DNA of 64,000 nt from an uncultured Myxococcales bacterium. GTDB lineage: Bacteria > Myxococcota > UBA4151. Within the stretch, counting starts at the first letter, position 1. Every line of letters begins with the position of its first letter. Under the pieces are notes generated by a model. The model was not told the DNA's origin. It saw nothing but the letters and a program-made list of their open reading frames with translations, and made no database searches. Positions 10,012-21,476 of the stretch are shown here, one piece after another. Position numbers and translations under genes: made by a program. The stretch is from assembly GCA_964013405.1 (NCBI GenBank), contig CAXGWI010000002.1, positions 1 through 64,000 on the forward strand, written 5' to 3'.

Positions 10012-12177
10012 GTGAACCAAACGACGACCGAAACCCCCCCGGCTGGATTGAGTACGTTTCTTGGCGTTTTTACGCCGACGATTCTCACCATTCTGGGCGC
10101 GATTATGTATCTGCGCTTCGGCTGGGTCGTGGCGAATGGCGGCATTCTTGGTGCCATTGCGATCGTCGTTATCGCCAATCTCATCACCGCGGTCACGGCC
10201 CTTTCGGTCTCCGCTCTTTCGACCAATATGCGCGTAGGAGCCGGTGGCGCCTACTACATGATCAGTCGATCCCTTGGCCTGGAGATCGGTGGCGCGATCG
10301 GCCTCCCCTTGTTCCTCTCCCAGGCCATCAGCCTCACACTGTACTGCTACGGCCTTGCTGAGTGTATTCAGATGTTTTGGCCTGAGGCACCGGTCTCGAT
10401 CCTGGCTGGCGTGCTCGTCGTTTTGGTGAGTGCAGTCGCCGCTCGATCGACGGTCTTCGCCCTGAAAATGCAGATTCCGATTATGGTTTTTGTGGGGCTT
10501 TCGATCCTCAGTTTGCTGCTGGGCGCCGACTGGTCCGGCAGTCCAGATCCCAGTCTCGGCACTTATCAAGACGCGGGCTTCTGGGGCCTTTTTGCAGTCT
10601 TCTTTCCGGCCGTGACCGGCATTTTGGCTGGTGTGAGTCTTTCCGGGGACTTGGCCGACCCCGAACGTTCCTTGCCTCGAGGTACCCTTTTTGCCGTCGT
10701 TGCCGGCGCCGTGATCTATCTCATCATCCCCGTGGCTCTTGGTCTTTCTGGGGATTTCGATACCCTGTCGAAGCCCCTGGCCTGGATGGATGTGGCCTGG
10801 GTGGGGGTGCTGATCATCCCTGGACTGTGGGGGGCGGTCCTCTCCAGTGCGATCGGGTCCATCTTGGCTGCGCCTCGTACCTTGCAGGCCATGGCCGATG
10901 ATAAACTCGTGGCCGCCAAGCTCGCCGAACTTGATGCCCGTGATGGCGAGCCGAAGCGGGCCCTCTGGTTGAGTGCGGCGGTGGCCTTTGCCGCGGTCTT
11001 TTTAGGGGACTTGAACGCAGTTGCGACGACTGTGTCGATGTTCTTTCTCACCACCTACGGCATGATCAATGTCGTCTGTGCTTTGGAGGGCTTGGTCGGC
11101 GACCCCAGCTTCCGTCCTCGCTTTCAGGTGAACTGGATCTTGCCCTTCGCCGGCGCCGTGGCCTGTCTATGGGTCATGATGTTGATTCACCCCGTGGCCG
11201 CCGGGATCGCGATCTTTTGCGAAGTTCTGATTTGGGCCTGGTTATCCCGACGGGCCCTCCAAGCCAGTTGGGGTGATATGCGCGGTGGAACGCTGATGTC
11301 CTTAGCGATTTGGTCCCTCGTCCAAAAGCGCCGCCAGCGGGAGCACCCACGGAGCTGGCGCCCCCACATTCTCATCTTCACCTCCGATGTGGGTCGAAAC
11401 ATGAGAATGGTGGATTTGACCTGGGCCTTCAGTCTGCGTCGTGGCGTGGTGACGGTTTGTTCTCTAGTGGAAGGTGACCTGGACGAAGAGGAGCCCTTGG
11501 TCCAACGGGCCATGGAGGAGGAGAGCTACCTGACCCACAAGGGGGTGACCGCCTTTTGCGAGGTTCACGTTGTCCCCGATATCGAGGCGGGAATGGTGAC
11601 CGTGGCCCAGGCTAATGGGATCGCAGGCTTGGCTTCGAACACGGTGATGCTCGGCTTTCCCGATAACGATGAGTTCCTCGTGCCGGTGGTCCGAGTGATG
11701 CGCCGCCTGGATCGGCTGGGTAAGTCTTTGCTCCTGGCCCGGCTCGAGCGCCGGGAGCTGCCGACGGAGCGCAGTATCTCCATCTGGTGGGCCGGTCGGG
11801 AGAACAATGGGGACTTGATGTTGTTGTTGGCCCATTTGCTACGCCAAAACGCAGGCTGGCGCCGAAGCCGCCTGACCCTCCGGAGCATCGTCGCCGATCC
11901 AGCAGAGGCAGAAGCCCTTCATGATGAGATGAAGGCCATGGTGGAAGAGATCAGAATCCCTGCTCAAGTTCAGGTCTTACCGTTGACCGCGGGATCTTCT
12001 GTCGGTGACATCATTCAAACCTACTCCCGTCGGGATACCCTGACCATGCTCGGTCTCGGCCTGCCACCGGCCGGGGAGGAGCGGGAGTATGTGGACCGGA
12101 TCCAGAGTTTGGTTGGCGACTTAGAAAATGTCTTACTGGTGCGAAACTCGGGACCCTTCAAAGGCAAGTTGATCTGA
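10012..12177 (+). CDS. Amino-acid permease / SLC12-type cation-chloride cotransporter homolog
   Basis: [52 protein letters not shown] and WRPHIL; about 12 TM helices plus a soluble C-terminal domain. Start is GTG 10012 or ATG 9994. Confidence 0.9.
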   Translation: MNQTTTETPPAGLSTFLGVFTPTILTILGAIMYLRFGWVVANGGILGAIAIVVIANLITAVTALSVSALSTNMRVGAGGAYYMISRSLGLEIGGAIGLPLFLSQAISLTLYCYGLAECIQMFWPEAPVSILAGVLVVLVSAVAARSTVFALKMQIPIMVFVGLSILSLLLGADWSGSPDPSLGTYQDAGFWGLFAVFFPAVTGILAGVSLSGDLADPERSLPRGTLFAVVAGAVIYLIIPVALGLSGDFDTLSKPLAWMDVAWVGVLIIPGLWGAVLSSAIGSILAAPRTLQAMADDKLVAAKLAELDARDGEPKRALWLSAAVAFAAVFLGDLNAVATTVSMFFLTTYGMINVVCALEGLVGDPSFRPRFQVNWILPFAGAVACLWVMMLIHPVAAGIAIFCEVLIWAWLSRRALQASWGDMRGGTLMSLAIWSLVQKRRQREHPRSWRPHILIFTSDVGRNMRMVDLTWAFSLRRGVVTVCSLVEGDLDEEEPLVQRAMEEESYLTHKGVTAFCEVHVVPDIEAGMVTVAQANGIAGLASNTVMLGFPDNDEFLVPVVRVMRRLDRLGKSLLLARLERRELPTERSISIWWAGRENNGDLMLLLAHLLRQNAGWRRSRLTLRSIVADPAEAEALHDEMKAMVEEIRIPAQVQVLPLTAGSSVGDIIQTYSRRDTLTMLGLGLPPAGEEREYVDRIQSLVGDLENVLLVRNSGPFKGKLI

Positions 12178-12249
12178 CCCATCGTCTGGTTTTGCTGGCA
12201 GGGTTTCGCGGCCTGGTTTATTCCTCTATTGCCTTGATGGAGTTGAAAC

Positions 12250-14076
12250 ATGACACGTGCCACTTTAATCGCCTTCGCTGGCCTCCTGCTCGCCTGTCCC
12301 CAGCAGACGGACCCCCGACCGGACCCTGTGTGTGGGGACGGTAACGCTGAGGCCTGGGAATCCTGTGATGATGGCAACGATGTGGCCACCGATGAATGCA
12401 CCAACGACTGTAAGCCCGCCCGCTGCGGTGACGGCATCGTGCGTGAGGGCGTTGAGGAATGTGACGATGGCAATACCATCAAGACCGATGCCTGCCTCAA
12501 TGACTGCCGGGCCAGCTACTGCGGCGACGGGTACATTCACGAGGGCGTTGAAGACTGCGATGATCGCAACGAGCGAGCCACCGATGATTGCAATGCCTGT
12601 TCATTTGCAGCCTGTGGTGACGGTGCGGTCCAAGCTGGCGAGGAATGTGACGATGGCAACGAGAGCAGCACTGACGCTTGTCTTGCGGATTGCACCGAAG
12701 CCAACTGCGGTGACGGTGTGGTGCACGAAGGCGAAGAAGCTTGCGACGATGGCAACGACGCCGATGACGACGCGTGTTTGAGCAATTGTGTTGAAGCTGT
12801 CTGCGGCGATGGCGTGCTCCAGACCGGCGTCGAAGCCTGCGATGATGCGAACGAGATCGATACGGACGCGTGCCTCAGTGATTGTGTCGAGGCCCGCTGC
12901 GGCGATGGTGTGATTCAGGACGGCGTTGAGGGCTGCGATGATGGCAACACCGACACGGGGGACGGTTGCTCCGATCAATGTATGGCGGAGTCTTGCGGTG
13001 ATGGGGTCGTTCAAGAGGGTGAGGCCTGCGACGATGGCAACGAGAGCGATACGGACGCCTGCACGACGTTGTGCGTTGAGGCGGTCTGTGGCGATGGCAT
13101 TGTACGGGATGTCGTCGAAGCCTGCGATGACGGTAACGACGTGGATACCGATAGTTGCCTGAACACTTGCGAGGCTGCCAGTTGCGGCGATGGCATCGTT
13201 CAGGAAGGCGTTGAAGGCTGTGATGACGCCAATGATGTCGACGATGATGCCTGCACGAACGACTGCGAGGCGCCGATCTGTGGCGATGGCATCGTCCAGG
13301 CCGGTGAAGCCTGTGATGATGGCAATGAGCAGACGATGGATGGCTGCTCCGGCTGCCAAGTCGCGGAAGGGGGCCTGCAGTTTAGCGAGTTCGTCGTCAC
13401 GCCGACAGGCGCGGAATTCTTTGAGATCCACAACCCCAGCGATCAGGATGTCGATCTCGCCGGTCTGTATGTTGCTGATTACCCAAGCTACTGGAGCCAC
13501 GCTTACGATGGCAGTAGCGAGCCGAACCGGACGGATTTCTTCGCCCGCTTCCCGGAAGGGGCAACGATTGCACCCCGGGGCTTCACGGTTGTTTCGGTGC
13601 AGTCCGCGACCACTTATCAAGAGGCTTACAACGAATTGCCCGACTACGATCTCGATCCACAGGATGCGGAAGCGCCATCGCTGATCGGCGAGATCGGTAA
13701 CGGCCGAAGCCTAACCAATGGTGATGAGATGCTCGTCCTCTTCTCCATCGATCAAAATGGTGTGGTCACCGATCTGGACTACGTTCTGTGGGGGAATCGG
13801 GATGATGCCTTGACCAAGGGGGGCCAAGCCGTGGGTGACCACGTCTACGCGGCGGAAACCCCAGCGGATCAACAGGCTTTCATGAGAAGTCCCCGGGCCG
13901 GCCAGAGTGCCCATCGCTGTGATCCTCTGGAGGGGAACCAGGCGGCCGAGGGCGGCAATGGTGCGAATGGGGCTGACGAGACCAGTGAGAACCTGGGCGA
14001 GACGTGGAGCGTCAGCGATGCACCGACGCCTCGAGGGGCGCCGGCTCCCGCCAGTTGCCAGCCTGAAGAGGACTAG
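12250..14076 (+). CDS. Myxococcus cysteine-rich repeat (DUF4215-like) lipoprotein with C-terminal lamin-tail-like domain
   Basis: Lipobox LLAC; 11 CGDG..CDD repeats counted; then [32 protein letters not shown]. Confidence 0.88.
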   Translation: MTRATLIAFAGLLLACPQQTDPRPDPVCGDGNAEAWESCDDGNDVATDECTNDCKPARCGDGIVREGVEECDDGNTIKTDACLNDCRASYCGDGYIHEGVEDCDDRNERATDDCNACSFAACGDGAVQAGEECDDGNESSTDACLADCTEANCGDGVVHEGEEACDDGNDADDDACLSNCVEAVCGDGVLQTGVEACDDANEIDTDACLSDCVEARCGDGVIQDGVEGCDDGNTDTGDGCSDQCMAESCGDGVVQEGEACDDGNESDTDACTTLCVEAVCGDGIVRDVVEACDDGNDVDTDSCLNTCEAASCGDGIVQEGVEGCDDANDVDDDACTNDCEAPICGDGIVQAGEACDDGNEQTMDGCSGCQVAEGGLQFSEFVVTPTGAEFFEIHNPSDQDVDLAGLYVADYPSYWSHAYDGSSEPNRTDFFARFPEGATIAPRGFTVVSVQSATTYQEAYNELPDYDLDPQDAEAPSLIGEIGNGRSLTNGDEMLVLFSIDQNGVVTDLDYVLWGNRDDALTKGGQAVGDHVYAAETPADQQAFMRSPRAGQSAHRCDPLEGNQAAEGGNGANGADETSENLGETWSVSDAPTPRGAPAPASCQPEED

Positions 14077-14081
14077 CCGCC

Positions 14082-14849
14082 ATGCTGGCCGTCCTCTCTC
14101 CGGCGAAGAAGCTCGACTTTTGTGCTGCGCCCGATGTGTTGCCCCATACGCAACCGCAGTTTCAGACCGATACGGAGCAGCTCTTAAGGAAAGCCCGGGG
14201 TTTGAGCAGCCAGAAACTGCAAGACCTCATGGGCATCTCGGAGGCCCTGGGCACCCTCAACAGGGAGCGGTTCCAAGAGATTGAGTTGCCGGTCTCACCA
14301 CAGAAGGGGAAGCAGGCTGCCCTCGCTTTTGCCGGCGACACCTATGTGGGGCTCGACGCACCGAGTCTCAGCGCCGATGACTTAGCCTTTGCTCAAGATC
14401 ATTTGGGCATCCTCTCTGGATTTTACGGTCTGCTTCGGCCGATGGATCTGATCCAGCCCTATCGCTTAGAGATGGGCACTCGGCTCAAAACCCGTCGGGG
14501 TAAGGACCTGTACGCCTTTTGGGGGGATCGGATTCGCCAGCGGATCGAAGCCCACCTCGCGGACCATGAGCGTCCGGTCCTCGTGAACCTGGCAAGCCAA
14601 GAGTATTTCAAAGCCACTCGCCCCAAAGACTTAGGCCTGCGGACGGTGACACCGAGTTTCTATGAGATGCGTCCCGGTGGGCCGAAGATGATCAGTTTCT
14701 TGGCGAAGAAAGCCCGGGGAATGATGGCCCGATATATGATCGTCAACCGAATCGAAGACCCGGAGGCTTTGAAGGGCTTTGATGTGGAAGGCTATGCCTT
14801 TGACCCCGATGGCTCTGGGGCCGATTCGTGGCGTTTCGTCAGGGGTTGA
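14082..14849 (+). CDS. yaaA: Peroxide stress protein YaaA (DUF328)
   Basis: LSPAKKLD, AFAGDTY, ILSGFYGLLRP.DLIQPYRLEMG, NLASQEY and AKKARG motifs. Confidence 0.95.
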   Translation: MLAVLSPAKKLDFCAAPDVLPHTQPQFQTDTEQLLRKARGLSSQKLQDLMGISEALGTLNRERFQEIELPVSPQKGKQAALAFAGDTYVGLDAPSLSADDLAFAQDHLGILSGFYGLLRPMDLIQPYRLEMGTRLKTRRGKDLYAFWGDRIRQRIEAHLADHERPVLVNLASQEYFKATRPKDLGLRTVTPSFYEMRPGGPKMISFLAKKARGMMARYMIVNRIEDPEALKGFDVEGYAFDPDGSGADSWRFVRG

Positions 14850-16290
14850 GCGCTTTCCAGCGCTGTTGAAGAAGTTCCCGGGAGAGGGGCTCTTTCCTGG
14901 CCAGCATGCCCTTTAAGAACTCAGCGACGGGTTGTCGCCAGGAGCGATGTAATAGGGTGCCTTCGGGGTCGAAGCCTTTGAACTCGTAATCATTACCACC
15001 GGCGTACATGAAGGAGTTCACGACGACGCGGACCGTTGCGTCTTCGGCCATCGGATGGCCGCCAACCCAAAGGTCACCGTTGCGAAAGTCTGCCCCGGTG
15101 GTCAGGCTTTGTTTGTTTTCCATCGCCGACTTCAATTGGGCTTTCGTCAGCGTCACCACCACCAGGTCGTTGTCGAAGGGCATGATACTGCGGAGGTGGC
15201 GGCGGGTGATTTGCCCCGGCTCTAAATCTTGTCGAATGGCACCATGGTTGGTGATGGCGACCTTGGCAGCGGGCACGCTGGCCAGCCAGGAGATGCCGAC
15301 CAGTTGGCCAAGGTGAGACTCGCTGATGGTTTCACGGGCGTGGAGTGGATCCTTGAGTTCGCCAAGGACTTCTGTGTCTAACGCGCCGAGACGGGATTGA
15401 GATTTGCTGATCAAGGCCTTGAGCCAGGGGTGCTTGATCTCTCGGTCCTTTGATTCCAGCGAGCGAACCTCCAGGCGGCCCATGCCGTTTTTGACCGTGA
15501 CGACACAGATCTCCATGAGCTTGTCCTTGGGATTGCAGTAGGCGACACCACCCATCTGCGCTTTGTCGAAGCGGTGGATATGACCACCGAGAACGGCGAC
15601 GAGCCCCAGGTGCTGGAGTTCTTGCTGCATGGGCTTCAGGAGTTGTGCATCGTCGTGCATGAGAATCACGAGGGCGTCGGTCCCCATTTCCTTGAGTCGT
15701 TTCGCCTCCCGCCGGATCGCCCCCTGATAGGGCTCGAAGCGGAGCTTCTCCACATGATGCGGAGCGGTCGCTTTATGGGTTTCCGCATTGGTCAGTCCGA
15801 TGATCCCGAACTTCTTGCCCTTCGCCTCGACGATCGTGCTGCCCGCATAGGGGCGGTCTTTGCGGCTGGCATCGGCCCAACGGACGTTGGCGGCAAGCAT
15901 GGGAAAGGCAGCCCGTTCTTGATTTCGTTTGAGCACCTCAAGCCCAAAGTCGAACTCGTGGTTGCCCAGGGCTGCCGCATCGTAGTTGAGGCGGTTAAAC
16001 AGGTCGATAATGGGCTCCCCATACAACAGGGTGGACAAGGCCGGCCCCGTCCAACTGTCACCCCCTGAAAGGAGCAAGTCACGGGTCGGGTCATAGCCGA
16101 TCGATTCCAGCTCCCGCATCAGCAGTTCCGCACCACCGAGTCGCTTCTTTTCCTTCTTCTTCCATTGACCGAGTAGCCAGCCGTGTTCATCGGCGGTGAA
16201 AATGACCCGCACCGCATCGCCTTGGCTGCCCTTGGGGCTACTGGCACAGGAGGCCAGGGCCAAAACGAGGACGCTGCTCACGGCTCTCAT
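14839..16290 (-). CDS. Bifunctional UDP-sugar hydrolase / 5'-nucleotidase lipoprotein
   Basis: Metallophosphoesterase motifs DEHG, GD, GNHEFD, GGHIH; 5'-nucleotidase C-domain NHGAIR..MPFDN; signal MRAVSSVLVLALASC from ATG 16290. Confidence 0.88.
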   Translation of the reverse strand: MRAVSSVLVLALASCASSPKGSQGDAVRVIFTADEHGWLLGQWKKKEKKRLGGAELLMRELESIGYDPTRDLLLSGGDSWTGPALSTLLYGEPIIDLFNRLNYDAAALGNHEFDFGLEVLKRNQERAAFPMLAANVRWADASRKDRPYAGSTIVEAKGKKFGIIGLTNAETHKATAPHHVEKLRFEPYQGAIRREAKRLKEMGTDALVILMHDDAQLLKPMQQELQHLGLVAVLGGHIHRFDKAQMGGVAYCNPKDKLMEICVVTVKNGMGRLEVRSLESKDREIKHPWLKALISKSQSRLGALDTEVLGELKDPLHARETISESHLGQLVGISWLASVPAAKVAITNHGAIRQDLEPGQITRRHLRSIMPFDNDLVVVTLTKAQLKSAMENKQSLTTGADFRNGDLWVGGHPMAEDATVRVVVNSFMYAGGNDYEFKGFDPEGTLLHRSWRQPVAEFLKGMLARKEPLSRELLQQRWKALNP

Positions 16291-16443
16291 GGGTGACTCC
16301 AAACACTGCCTAGAGCCGTCCCCTGACATAGGCCGACGGGGTCGGTCAAAGGGTAGGCTTGGGCCACAGGGCTTTCGAGCATGAGCATGGGGGATCTTGG
16401 GGGCCATGAAGCATCAGGGAGGCAGTGCCTGGCCTTGGGCTTG

Positions 16444-17883
16444 TCAGCGCCTCCGCTTCTTCTTCTTCTTCTTCTTCTTCTTCTTCTTCTTGAACTTCTT
16501 CAGTCGCTTGCAGTTGGATTTGTGTCCGGCTCGACAGCCCCGTTCGAGGCTTTGCTCGATCAACTCATTCTCTTTCGCTGCCTTCGCCACGGACTCGACC
16601 ATTGCGAAGTGCTTCTTTTCGACTGAGTTCAAGAGACCCTGTTGGAGGATTTCCACACCTTGGGCTCGCTTGCCGGCCTGAATCAGGTAGTCGGCTCGAC
16701 GAATATAGGCCCAGGCATCATCAGGGGCCAACTCCACGAGTTTCTCGGTTGCATCGAGTACCTTTTTGGCCTGGCCTGCCTTGTCCCACTTCTGCGCGAG
16801 TTTCTTCAATTTGGCGACGTCGCCGATGTCCGCACAGGCATTGATCGCTTTTGTATGCTTGGTCTTGGCATCGGCGACTCGGCAGATGTCACCGCTGAGG
16901 TCTTTCGACTTGGGACAGCGCTTCTCTCGCTGGTGGCGCTTCATGGTCGAACCATCGTCGCCGTCGGCCACCCATGCGTAATCTCCGTTCACATAAAGGG
17001 AAAAGAGGGCACCCTCGGGTCTTGAGGTTTTCGCCAGCGGGATGCTGATCGCATCACCACGCTGGAGTCGGTGGACCATGGGCGACAAGGTTTTGGGCCG
17101 GAACCGCACCCGGTGCGCCGGTTGGCGGCCCAAGCAGTGAATCCAGTCGGCGCTGTCGGTGAGGAACATGTCCGAGATCCGACAGTGGAAGCGCGCCTGG
17201 GTGCCGACCTTCGACTCGGTCATGCGTTGCATGAGCTCGGGTTTCCACGGTTCGTTACTCGCCGAGTAAAGGAAGCTCTTGCTGTCGGGCTCAAGAGACC
17301 AACCATGGGAGAGCCATTGGCCCTTGAGTAGGTCTTCGCAGGCGGCCTGGTCGGCACAGCAACCACGGTTCACAGCGTCGCTGGGGCGATACCACTGTTG
17401 ATCCGGGGCGAGACAGGCTTTCTGGGCAACCCATTTATGGCCTTTGCGCTTCGCCCAATCCACGTCGATGCGATAGTTCAGGGGATAGACCTGCTCCCGC
17501 CAGACCTGAAGAGCTTCCATATTGGCGATTCGCCCGCCTTCAATTCGACGGGCCAGGTCCTTCTCGACCTTACGCAATGCCCGGGTTTTCGTCATTTGCG
17601 CGTCGGTGGTGCAGCGTAAGGGATTGGCCGGATCGAGAAATTCGGGGGCCTGCTGTCGGTAGTTGAGCATCAGCCCATCGAGGCGGTGCAAGAAGGCGAG
17701 GGTGCCGTCTGGACTGTCTTCAAAGTCGTCCCGCCGTTTTTGTCCCTTACGCTCTGCAGCCAAGACTTCTTGAATTCGCTGATCGACTAAGGACTGGGCC
17801 TCATCGGCATCGATGCCACAGCCCCCGATCATACCGAAGGCAGCGAGCAGATAGCATGTACGCGATGCCGTGGCCAAACTCAT
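16444..17883 (-). CDS. Hypothetical lipoprotein with C-terminal TPR-like repeats and a poly-Lys tail
   Basis: Lipobox-like IGGC; TPR-like ELAPDDAWAYIRRADYL; ends KKF-K12-RRR. Confidence 0.75.
   Translation of the reverse strand: MSLATASRTCYLLAAFGMIGGCGIDADEAQSLVDQRIQEVLAAERKGQKRRDDFEDSPDGTLAFLHRLDGLMLNYRQQAPEFLDPANPLRCTTDAQMTKTRALRKVEKDLARRIEGGRIANMEALQVWREQVYPLNYRIDVDWAKRKGHKWVAQKACLAPDQQWYRPSDAVNRGCCADQAACEDLLKGQWLSHGWSLEPDSKSFLYSASNEPWKPELMQRMTESKVGTQARFHCRISDMFLTDSADWIHCLGRQPAHRVRFRPKTLSPMVHRLQRGDAISIPLAKTSRPEGALFSLYVNGDYAWVADGDDGSTMKRHQREKRCPKSKDLSGDICRVADAKTKHTKAINACADIGDVAKLKKLAQKWDKAGQAKKVLDATEKLVELAPDDAWAYIRRADYLIQAGKRAQGVEILQQGLLNSVEKKHFAMVESVAKAAKENELIEQSLERGCRAGHKSNCKRLKKFKKKKKKKKKKKKRRR
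16456..16491 (-). repeat. Perfect (AAG)12 trinucleotide tract encoding 12 lysines
   Basis: (CTT)12 read directly on the + strand. Confidence 0.97.
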
Positions 17884-17925
17884 CTCCTGCGCTCCGAATA
17901 CCTCGCAGGCGAGGAAGGCGCAAAA

Positions 17926-18261
17926 TCAGAGGTTGTCCACGTGTAAGGCAGCGAGCATGACACTGCCCAAATAAGCGGTCAGGCCGAGGGCGACAAAGAC
18001 GGCACTGACCACCAACTGGCGTTGCTGTTGGTTGCGTCGCTGGAGGACCTGCTGGGCCGTCTGAGAGAGATCATCGCTGAGGTCCTGGGTCACCCAGCGA
18101 ATGTTGCCGAGGCCGCAGAGTCCAAGTTGCATTTGCGCTTGGGATTTTAAGACGCTGAGTTGGCCGCTGAGAAAGGTGACCAGCGCCACGGGGCGGCCTT
18201 CGAAGAGTTGGGCCAATCTCTGGGCTTCGTCACGTTCGGTCAAAGCGGCTCTCCCCGCCAT
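17926..18261 (-). CDS. Small hypothetical membrane protein, possibly internally deleted
   Basis: 111-aa ORF directly downstream of the TetR gene, with a hydrophobic C-terminal helix. Confidence 0.6.
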   Translation of the reverse strand: MAGRAALTERDEAQRLAQLFEGRPVALVTFLSGQLSVLKSQAQMQLGLCGLGNIRWVTQDLSDDLSQTAQQVLQRRNQQQRQLVVSAVFVALGLTAYLGSVMLAALHVDNL

Positions 18262-18285
18262 GCATCGGCCCGTCGGCTCGCGAGC

Positions 18286-18918
18286 TTAAGGTGTCGAGCC
18301 CTTGTGGAGGCTGAGCATGATCGACTCGATCCGGAGCATGACGTAGGCCCGCATCTCGTGCAGGGATGAATCCAGCCTCGCCTCGTCCGGATCGGAGAGA
18401 TAGCGAAGCAGCATGCCATCACCCATGTGGATGAGCATCTCGCACAGGGGAACGAGGCGCTTTTTCGGGAGGCCGGTCGACGCGAGGAATCCATCGACGA
18501 GCGCGTCCCGGCGTTCTTCGAAGAGTTTGGCAACCATGCCCCGAATCTCTGGGTCTTCGTGCCCTCGCTCCAGCAGCAGCGAGAAGATCATGCGACGATG
18601 ATCTGGATGCTCGACGATCAATCGGCGGGCCCGGTTGATCAGGGTGTCGAGTCGCTCCGTTGGGCTGGCCCCTTTAGAGACATGGGCTTGGAAGTCAGCA
18701 ACCCAGCGGCTGCTCTGATCCGCAAGACAGGCGAGGAGCAGACCATTCTTGGAGCCAAAGTGCCAGTACAGTGCGGATTTGCCGACATTGGCTTGCCGGG
18801 CGATCGCGTCGACGCTGGCCGAGCTATAGCCGCCTTGGCCCATGATTTGAGCGGCCGCCTCGAGTAGTTTCTTTCGGCTCTCTTCGCCTTGGGCGATCTT
18901 TGATCGGGTGGCTGGCAT
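18286..18918 (-). CDS. TetR/AcrR family transcriptional regulator
   Basis: N-terminal HTH: LLEAA..GYSSASVDAIARQANVGKSALYWHFGSK. Confidence 0.93.
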   Translation of the reverse strand: MPATRSKIAQGEESRKKLLEAAAQIMGQGGYSSASVDAIARQANVGKSALYWHFGSKNGLLLACLADQSSRWVADFQAHVSKGASPTERLDTLINRARRLIVEHPDHRRMIFSLLLERGHEDPEIRGMVAKLFEERRDALVDGFLASTGLPKKRLVPLCEMLIHMGDGMLLRYLSDPDEARLDSSLHEMRAYVMLRIESIMLSLHKGSTP

Positions 18919-18987
18919 GATTCATCCTCGCAGGTCGTACGATAGCAGTTTTTTTGGGCTCGAAGCAGGTCTCTTCGGGCTGCCAAT

Positions 18988-19800
18988 CTAATCGGCGGGT
19001 ATCAGGGCATCGGCAAGCCAGGTTTGCAGAGCATCTGCTAACTCGATCGCCATGGTCTTTTGGAGGTTGTGGCCGCCCGAAGAGAACCGACATCTCGGTC
19101 CCTCGTTGGCCGCGCTGGCGAGGGCTTCGCTGATCGCCGTCTCCACCAGCGGGTCATCTTCAGCCCACGCGACGAGGCAGGGGGCGCGCATCTGCTGAAG
19201 ATGTTTTTGGTGCGCTGCAAAGTCGATGGATGCCACCATGTGCATGGTCTCGACGTAAGCCGAATCCGGGGTGCTCTTTGGAAAACCGCTGCGAACAAAC
19301 CCGGCCCTCAAGGTGGGCATCGCCAGTTGGCGGAGCCACTTGACCCGGAGCAGGGGAGAGATGAACTGAGCCAGCGTGGCGGAGCGCATGCCTCGATGCT
19401 TGCTCAGGCCTAGGGCGGCGATCATGGCGACGCCGCGCACTCGATCCGGATGCCGGGCCGCCAGGGCAGCACCATAGCCGCCCCCGAGGGAATGGCAGAG
19501 TAAAATGGCCTGGTCCACATTGAGGTGGTCAAGACAAGAGGCCAACCAGTCAGCGCGGGATTCGAAGTCGACCTGTGGGCAGGCAGAGATGGGGGTCCCG
19601 CCAAAACCAGGCTGCTCGGTGCGAATGACCCGAAAGGTCTTGGACAGGGCGGGGGCGATCCAACGAAAATCCCGCACGGAGCCGGGCCCGCCATGGAGAC
19701 AGACGATGACGGGCCCCTGACCCTCATCAGTATAGGACAGACCCCCTGCTTCGAAAGCAAGTTGTTGAAGGGGTGGGTCACTTGGGTCATCGGGACGCAT
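18988..19800 (-). CDS. Alpha/beta fold hydrolase
   Basis: LHGGPGS, PGFG, CHSLGG elbow, WAEDD and GGHN motifs. Confidence 0.9.
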   Translation of the reverse strand: MRPDDPSDPPLQQLAFEAGGLSYTDEGQGPVIVCLHGGPGSVRDFRWIAPALSKTFRVIRTEQPGFGGTPISACPQVDFESRADWLASCLDHLNVDQAILLCHSLGGGYGAALAARHPDRVRGVAMIAALGLSKHRGMRSATLAQFISPLLRVKWLRQLAMPTLRAGFVRSGFPKSTPDSAYVETMHMVASIDFAAHQKHLQQMRAPCLVAWAEDDPLVETAISEALASAANEGPRCRFSSGGHNLQKTMAIELADALQTWLADALIPAD

Positions 19801-19909
19801 TAATCTCCCCTTTGCAAATTGCGACTCATGACGTCACCACAGGACACTCGATACATAGCTAGCATCGAAGAAGGCCCTCGACGAGGTAGTGAGTCAATCA
19901 AAGCTTGCC

Positions 19910-19946
19910 TGATGAACTGAAATTTCCTTGCGTCATCAGTTCGTCA
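19910..19946. promoter_or_regulatory. Imperfect 11-bp inverted repeat in the divergent hydrolase/fumC intergenic region
   Basis: TGATGAACTGA-N15-TCAGTTCGTCA, one mismatch. Confidence 0.35.
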
Positions 19947-20084
19947 TCTGGCTTGGCTCAATCCTGCCTTTGATCACGTGAATTGCCGTCGCCGAACTGT
20001 CAACAATGCCCGTTCGTTTCGCTGGATTCTCAGGCCAAGCTGTATAAGGTCCGCCGCAGATAGACACGGGAGGCATGAAGGATC

Positions 20085-21476
20085 ATGTCAGCCATTCGCA
20101 TCGAGTCGGACAGCTTCGGTAAAATCGAGGTTCCTGGGGACAAGTACTGGGGGGCTCAGACCCAACGATCATTGAAGAACTTCCCGATCGGTTGGGAGAG
20201 ACAGCCTGTCGCCATTGTTCGCGCCTTGGGTGTCGTCAAACAGGCTGCTGCCGAAGTGAACAGGGCACAAGGGAAGCTCTCGGATGAGTTAGCGGAGGCC
20301 ATCATTGCGGCCGCCAAAGAGGTGGTCTCAGGGACCTTTGACGATCACTTTCCTTTGGTGGTTTGGCAAACCGGTTCGGGGACCCAATCTAACATGAATG
20401 CCAATGAGGTGATCTCCAATCGAGCGATCGAATTGCTCGGAGGTCAACTGGGTTCGAAAGAGCCGGTGCATCCCAATGACCACGTCAACATGTCGCAAAG
20501 TTCCAACGATACCTTTCCGACTGCCATGCACATTGCGGTGGCGATGACTGCTCGAGATGTCTTGTTACCGGCGCTTCAACACTTGCACGGGGCGCTGGAC
20601 CAGAAGGCGAATGATTTTGCTGAGATCATCAAAATCGGCAGGACGCACACTCAGGATGCTACGCCGATTACGCTCGGGCAGGAGTTTGGTGGTTATGCTC
20701 ACCAACTCAGTCAAGGCATCGGCCGAATTGAAGCAGCGCTTGAGAATATTTACCCCTTAGCCCAGGGCGGGACGGCAGTCGGGACAGGACTGAATACGAA
20801 AGTCGGTTATGCAGAGGCCATTGCAGCGGCGATCGCCCGCATTACTGACCTGCCTTTTGTCACCGCTCCCAACAAGTTCGAAGCACTCGCTGCCCATGAT
20901 GCGCTGGTGGAAATGTCAGGGGCCTTGAAGACCGTCGCCTCCAGTTTGTTTAAAATCGCTAATGATATTCGATTTTTGGGATCCGGACCGCGTTGTGGAC
21001 TCGGCGAATTGATTCTTCCTGCCAATGAACCTGGAAGTTCGATTATGCCGGGCAAGGTCAATCCGACCCAAGCAGAAGCGTTGACGATGGTGTGTGCCCA
21101 CGTGCTGGGTAACGATGCAGCGGTCGGCTTTGCTGGCAGCCAAGGGCATTTTGAACTCAATGTTTTTAAGCCGATGATGGCCTACAATGTTCTTCAGTCG
21201 ATGCAGTTGCTGGCGGATTCATCGGTCGCATTTACTGACAATTGTGTTGTCGGCATTCAAGCTGATGAACAGCGCATTTCAAAACTGATGTGGGAAAGCC
21301 TCATGCTGGTCACAGCATTGGCACCAGAGATCGGTTATGACCGGGCCACGACGGTGGCGAAAACAGCCCATAAGAATGGCACGACGCTCAAAGAGGAGGC
21401 CATTCGCCTCGGCTTCGTGGACGAGGAGACTTTTGACCGTGTGGTTCAGCCTGCCGACATGGTTGGCCCCAAATAG
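20085..21476 (+). CDS. fumC: Fumarate hydratase class II
   Basis: [28 protein letters not shown] and [13 protein letters not shown] signature. Confidence 0.98.
   Translation: MSAIRIESDSFGKIEVPGDKYWGAQTQRSLKNFPIGWERQPVAIVRALGVVKQAAAEVNRAQGKLSDELAEAIIAAAKEVVSGTFDDHFPLVVWQTGSGTQSNMNANEVISNRAIELLGGQLGSKEPVHPNDHVNMSQSSNDTFPTAMHIAVAMTARDVLLPALQHLHGALDQKANDFAEIIKIGRTHTQDATPITLGQEFGGYAHQLSQGIGRIEAALENIYPLAQGGTAVGTGLNTKVGYAEAIAAAIARITDLPFVTAPNKFEALAAHDALVEMSGALKTVASSLFKIANDIRFLGSGPRCGLGELILPANEPGSSIMPGKVNPTQAEALTMVCAHVLGNDAAVGFAGSQGHFELNVFKPMMAYNVLQSMQLLADSSVAFTDNCVVGIQADEQRISKLMWESLMLVTALAPEIGYDRATTVAKTAHKNGTTLKEEAIRLGFVDEETFDRVVQPADMVGPK

Noticed and set aside
12601..13620. Long antisense or alternate-frame ORFs (also 43143-43949, 45360-46202, 54507-55658, 31986-33038, 7245-8201)
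   Set aside because: Expected shadows of GC-rich and repetitive coding sequence; no motifs or RBS support.
16397..16681. Poly-Phe and poly-Leu ORFs on the + strand
   Set aside because: Antisense shadows of the (AAG)12 tract.
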